Source of the DNA: a virus
Lineage: Duplodnaviria > Caudoviricetes
DNA length: 64,000 bases
Virus record (IMG/VR): IMGVR_UViG_3300010340_000989
Coordinates: 1-64,000 of that record
Reading direction: 5' to 3' (one strand)
A program made the translations under genes and the position numbers. The notes beneath the pieces are model-generated. The model had not been told where the DNA came from and ran no database searches. It saw nothing but the letters and a program-made list of their open reading frames with translations. This document shows positions 59,905 to 64,000 of the stretch, one piece after another; position 1 is the first letter of the stretch, and each line of letters starts with the position of its first letter.

Positions 59905-60248
59905 TTTATATTAAAACATTTTTAGAAAGTAAAGGCAAGAGTATTGGAGAAGATAGAGATATTAAAGATATTATTCTTAATTTAAAGAATATATCAAAAG
60001 AAAGAAAAGAAGAAGCTCTAACTTTACTAAAACCATATACAAAGGCAGGAAATTCTAAGATAACAGAATTAAATCTTTCTAAAATTTTGATAGATAAGTT
60101 AGAAAAAGGTGGATATCCATCGGGATTTAGTATGGGTATTGATAAAAATGGATATTTTATTCATACACATAGAGCTCGTAGTAAAAGTTATGAAAGTCCA
60201 GACAAAATACCAGTAAAGGATATAAAATTTATAGACTCAACAGGATGA
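59901..60248 (+). CDS. protein with capsid-targeting-like leader
   Basis: MIYIKTFLES; GYFIHTHRARSKSY. Confidence 0.68.
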   Translation: MIYIKTFLESKGKSIGEDRDIKDIILNLKNISKERKEEALTLLKPYTKAGNSKITELNLSKILIDKLEKGGYPSGFSMGIDKNGYFIHTHRARSKSYESPDKIPVKDIKFIDSTG

Positions 60249-60586
60249 CAAAATTAGAATTTATAAATAATCAACATGATTATATACAAAAAACAATTCA
60301 AAATATTGAAGATGTTATTATTAATCGACAATCATCAACTTTCGAAACTAAAGAATCTTTAAATAATTTATTAGTTTATTTTAAAATTCACTTTTATACA
60401 GAAGAATTATTGATGAGTGGTGATCCAATTAATACTAAACATAAAATAGATCATAATGTTGTAATTTCATTTATCGAAGATGCTCTTAAAAAAGAACATA
60501 TAGAAGTTGAATCTATTCTTTTTTTAAAGAAATGGGGTGAAGAACATTATACAAATTTCGATAAACTTTTATTAGAAAATATATGA
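60245..60586 (+). CDS. hemerythrin-like protein
   Basis: QH..., HFYTEE..M, HK.DH, W...H...FD iron-ligand spacing. Confidence 0.72.
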   Translation: MTKLEFINNQHDYIQKTIQNIEDVIINRQSSTFETKESLNNLLVYFKIHFYTEELLMSGDPINTKHKIDHNVVISFIEDALKKEHIEVESILFLKKWGEEHYTNFDKLLLENI

Positions 60587-61233
60587 AATCATATAAACAA
60601 TTTATTAATGAATCCAAAAACTCTATTGAATCTATTTGTGATAAATATGGTATAAAAAACTATACAATTAATTCTGATGGAAGTATTGATGTTGATGGTG
60701 ATGTTAATTTAAATTATAATAATTTAACTAAAATACCATTAAGGTTTAGAAATGTTGGTGGTGATTTTTATTGTCAATTTAATGAATTAACTACATTAGA
60801 GTATTGTCCTCAAAGTGTTGAAGGTAATTTTTATTGTTCTTATAACAAATTAACTTCATTACAAGGTTGTCCTAGAAAAGTTGTAGGTAATTTTTCTTGT
60901 TCTGATAATCAAATAGTTTCATTAGAAGGAATTTCTGAAAGTAGTATAGGTATTAATTTTTATTGTAATTCTAATAAAATTACTGATTTCAAAGGAGTAT
61001 CTGAATTTTTTGAAGGTGATCTTATATGTCAAGGTAATCCAATATATGAAATACATTGTCTATTTAACCATACACGCCAAAGTTCTATTCATTCAAGTTA
61101 CATTAAATGGATTAATGAATATGATGTTATACAGGGGAATAAAATAATTATGGATCGATTGGAAGAAGTTTATCATCAATTTAATATTGAAATACCAAAA
61201 AATATAACATTTAGGAATTATGAAATCATATAA
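60583..61233 (+). CDS. LRR-like repeat protein with T4-CTS-like leader
   Basis: MKSYKQFINES; L.SL.GCP..V.G.F.C repeats. Confidence 0.78.
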   Translation: MKSYKQFINESKNSIESICDKYGIKNYTINSDGSIDVDGDVNLNYNNLTKIPLRFRNVGGDFYCQFNELTTLEYCPQSVEGNFYCSYNKLTSLQGCPRKVVGNFSCSDNQIVSLEGISESSIGINFYCNSNKITDFKGVSEFFEGDLICQGNPIYEIHCLFNHTRQSSIHSSYIKWINEYDVIQGNKIIMDRLEEVYHQFNIEIPKNITFRNYEII

Positions 61234-61846
61234 ACAATTTATAAAAGAGTCCAAAAACTCTATTGAATCTATTTGTAAAGAATATGGTATAACTAATTAT
61301 ACTATCAATGAAGATGGATCTATTGATGTTGATGGTGATGTAGATTTAAATAATTGTTTCTTAGAAAAGATTCCATTAAAATTTCGAAATGTTACTGGTC
61401 ATTTTAATTGTAGTCATAATAATTTAATATCATTAGAGGGTTGTCCAATAAGTGTTGGTTATAATTTTTTTTGTAAGTATAGTAAATTAACATCATTAGA
61501 AGGTTGTCCTAAAAATGTTGGTGGTAATTTTTATTGTGGTTATAATCAATTAACTTCATTAGAAGGTTGTCCCGAAAGTAGTGATATATTACATTGTGTT
61601 TTTAATAAAATAACAGATTTCAAAGGAATATCCGAATTTTTTGAAGGTGATCTTATGTGTCATGAAAATCCTATATTTGAAATATATGGTTTATTTAGAC
61701 AAAATTTTAATTGCATTAAATGGATTAATGAATTCGATGTCATTCGAGGAAATAAAGTGGTTATGGATTTATTAGAAGAAGTGTTTCACCAATTAAATTT
61801 GGAAATACCAGAAAATATAGAATTCAAGAATTATGAAATCATATAA
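61220..61846 (+). CDS. LRR-like repeat protein with T4-CTS-like leader
   Basis: MKSYKQFIKES; tandem paralog of 60583. Confidence 0.78.
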   Translation: MKSYKQFIKESKNSIESICKEYGITNYTINEDGSIDVDGDVDLNNCFLEKIPLKFRNVTGHFNCSHNNLISLEGCPISVGYNFFCKYSKLTSLEGCPKNVGGNFYCGYNQLTSLEGCPESSDILHCVFNKITDFKGISEFFEGDLMCHENPIFEIYGLFRQNFNCIKWINEFDVIRGNKVVMDLLEEVFHQLNLEIPENIEFKNYEII

Positions 61847-62483
61847 ACAATTTATTAATGAATCGATAATTAATATTTATTTCCCATTATCTTGGAAAGA
61901 ATTAGATCCTAAAAAAGAAGGTATATCTGCTGATCAAATGTATAAAAGACCTTTATCAAAAAAAGGATTTTATTGTATGGTTTTAGTAAGGTCTGATGGT
62001 AAAACTCACACATTCTATATTGAAGATGATATGGGAACATACACATTTATGGATTATGTAGGTGAAAAATCTATAGCATTAGATATAAATAAGATTATAA
62101 CTCTACAAGAAGCTTATGAATTATGTGAAAGGCAATTAGATTATTATAATAAAATGGAAAAATTACCAACCGAAGAGGAAATAAAAGAATTCTTTTATAT
62201 TTTTTCAGATGAAAATATTGACACCACTAATTATGATATTAAATATGGTTATGAAAGTGGTAGAATATCAGATGAAAATAATTATGAAATGGTTTTGTAT
62301 CACAGACCAAGATTTAATAGTAATTTTATATGTGTTTTATCATTTAATGATGATGAATTCGATTTTACAAATATCGAAAGTATGATTCATGAATTTAAAG
62401 TTAATATTGAAGATATTAAAAATACTGATTATAAGATACAATATTTTAAAGATACAAGAGGTCTTTTAATTGTTATTAGTTGA
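61833..62483 (+). CDS. protein with T4-CTS-like leader; paralog of 58320
   Basis: MKSYKQFINES; shared PTE.EIKE and DTRGL motifs. Confidence 0.75.
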   Translation: MKSYKQFINESIINIYFPLSWKELDPKKEGISADQMYKRPLSKKGFYCMVLVRSDGKTHTFYIEDDMGTYTFMDYVGEKSIALDINKIITLQEAYELCERQLDYYNKMEKLPTEEEIKEFFYIFSDENIDTTNYDIKYGYESGRISDENNYEMVLYHRPRFNSNFICVLSFNDDEFDFTNIESMIHEFKVNIEDIKNTDYKIQYFKDTRGLLIVIS

Positions 62484-63224
62484 TTTAGTCAATTCTTTTT
62501 CCACTCTTTTTTTAGCTAATTCAAAATATTTTTCCTCAAATTCAATACCTATAAAGTTTCTGTTTAGATTTATACAAGCAATAGCTGTTGTTCCGCTACC
62601 CATTGTATTATCTAATACTAATTCACCTTCATTTGTATATGTTTTAACCAAATACTCAAAAAGTGGTATCGGTTTAATTGTTGGATGTAATCCACTTGTA
62701 TCTGTATTAAATTTTTGCCAACTTGATGGAACTCTTAAATCAGATAATTTATTTTTAGATCTACCTTCAAACTCTCTATAATTTTCTGATTTACTTTCAA
62801 ATTTAACATTATATTTTACTCTATCAAGACCAGATCCTGTTCTTTCTTGCATTTGTTTATTATAAGTCCATTTTCCTTTACTAAAGACTAATACCTGTTC
62901 GTGCTCTTTCATAGGTTCTCTTATTGTATTTGCAAAGTTACTGCCTCTATTTTTTATCCAAATCCATTCATGTTTAAAGTATTTTGGCTGACTCATAACC
63001 AATGCACTTGAAAATGGTTGTGATGCAGTTAATACAATAACACCCGTAGGTTTTAATAATTTCCAATATAGTTCCCACATTGGTTCAAAAGGAATTATTG
63101 CATCCCATTTATTACTTGTAGTTCCATATGGTAAATCTGCAAGTATCATATCAACTATAATACCCTCATTTACCATTTTTTGCATTTCTACAAGTGTCTC
63201 ACCTTGTCTTAAATCTATATTCAT
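62466..63224 (-). CDS. beta-class N4/N6 DNA methyltransferase
   Basis: DLPYGTT, HPT.KP, VLDNTMGSGTT, FIGIE. Confidence 0.9.
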   Translation of the reverse strand: MNIDLRQGETLVEMQKMVNEGIIVDMILADLPYGTTSNKWDAIIPFEPMWELYWKLLKPTGVIVLTASQPFSSALVMSQPKYFKHEWIWIKNRGSNFANTIREPMKEHEQVLVFSKGKWTYNKQMQERTGSGLDRVKYNVKFESKSENYREFEGRSKNKLSDLRVPSSWQKFNTDTSGLHPTIKPIPLFEYLVKTYTNEGELVLDNTMGSGTTAIACINLNRNFIGIEFEEKYFELAKKRVEKELTKSTNNN

Positions 63225-63733
63225 TATATTTTTTTAAAAACTAATTTACAACTAAGATTATGCGCTAATTTTCTTATAAATTGTGTATTAGCTTTAGTTT
63301 TGTGTATTAAAACTGGTTTTTTTATTATATCGAATGTGAAATCATCATTAATATAAATTAACCCCGCATATTCTGGAACTTCTTCTATACTTATTAATCC
63401 TCTTGGTGTTATGAAATTAAAATAGTTTGGAGATAAATACATCATTTCACCTGTTGAACCAACGATTGTATGATTCTCTTTAACCATTTGTGAATGTTTT
63501 TCTTTTATAAAGTCCTTTTTATAATCACCTCGACTTATCTTAATTTCATATTCATAAATATAATCTGATTTAGAAACTGATATAACATCACATTCGGATA
63601 AACCCATTCCAGTAAATCTTGTGGAGATAGGTGAATGTGATTTTTCATAAAGATACATTACAAAAGCTGCTGATATATCTTTAGATTTAGAGTTATCTCT
63701 TTTAATTTTATTGATAGATGATTTTCTTGACAT
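63224..63733 (-). CDS. PD-(D/E)xK (MmcB-like) nuclease-fold protein
   Basis: ECDV...EYEIKISRGD...D; PNYF.F; YAGLI. Confidence 0.6.
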   Translation of the reverse strand: MSRKSSINKIKRDNSKSKDISAAFVMYLYEKSHSPISTRFTGMGLSECDVISVSKSDYIYEYEIKISRGDYKKDFIKEKHSQMVKENHTIVGSTGEMMYLSPNYFNFITPRGLISIEEVPEYAGLIYINDDFTFDIIKKPVLIHKTKANTQFIRKLAHNLSCKLVFKKI

Positions 63734-63760
63734 TTAATTTATTTTCTAACTTTTTTCAAG

Positions 63761-64000
63761 TTATTCAAATCCACATAAACCATGTAAATCTTCTAAAGAA
63801 TCACAAGGTCCGTTACTAACTTGATATGATGGATCTAATAAATAATATTTTTTATTATCAATTCTATATGCAATATACTCAATATATTTTTCATATCCAT
63901 CGGATAATGAAATATTTTCATCATCAACTAAATCAAATAGATTATCACCAGTATCAATTACATCAATTATGAGCCATTTATCATCTATAATGTCTCCGAT
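63761..64000 (-). CDS. 3' part of hypothetical protein (starts beyond window)
   Basis: Open frame IGDIIDDKWL...LHGLCGFE*. Confidence 0.6.
   Translation of the reverse strand: MGDIIDDKWLIIDVIDTGDNLFDLVDDENISLSDGYEKYIEYIAYRIDNKKYYLLDPSYQVSNGPCDSLEDLHGLCGFE

Noticed and set aside
35548-62781. Antisense or nested ORFs 35548, 36295, 36308, 40943, 44084, 53166, 54270, 62470
   Set aside because: Shadows of real genes.
1-64000. Stop-codon reassignment (code 15 or 4)
   Set aside because: Code 11 gives full-length enzymes and dense tiling; TAG and TGA both end genes at tight junctions.
1-64000. Bacterial chromosome or eukaryotic giant virus origin
   Set aside because: Orphan-dense operons, free-standing homing endonucleases, T4-type leaders and bacterial promoters with ATGA coupling fit a large phage better, although no terminase or full capsid gene is in the window.

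Overview
A 64-kb, very AT-rich, gene-dense segment of a large lytic dsDNA phage genome (standard code 11). It is probably T4-superfamily-related (gp23-like fragment, T4-type capsid-targeting leaders) and probably infects Bacteroidota (TAnnTTTG promoters, Bacteroidota-like RnpA and ClpC-type UVR motifs). Minus-strand blocks carry early/middle genes: coaE, adk, rnpA, PARG-like macrodomain, MazG-like proteins, YccA/BI-1, DHFR, RNA ligase, GT2-TPR, HAD phosphatases, prs, a signal-less Skp, three DNA methyltransferases, a SET protein, homing endonucleases and dozens of small orphan ORFs. Genes behind a TAATATATA late-promoter motif include two collagen-like fibres (25.6-33.6 kb) and three tandem ~1300-aa beta-solenoid paralogs (33.8-45.6 kb). 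The strongest unexplained signal is two mutually exclusive terminal peptide tags. About 35 unrelated, almost all early/middle, proteins end in R-[DEN]-x-[KNI]-[IL]-x-x-[IL]-[LG]. About 13 late proteins start with an MKxxKxF..E leader resembling the T4 capsid-targeting sequence. Also notable: stand-alone fragments of core phage proteins (gp23 capsid segment, PolB motif A, mini-PolB), three tandem ClpC-M-domain/UVR mimics, and a structured leader RNA with an in-frame uORF upstream of the solenoid genes. All assignments come from motif recognition by eye; no searches were run.
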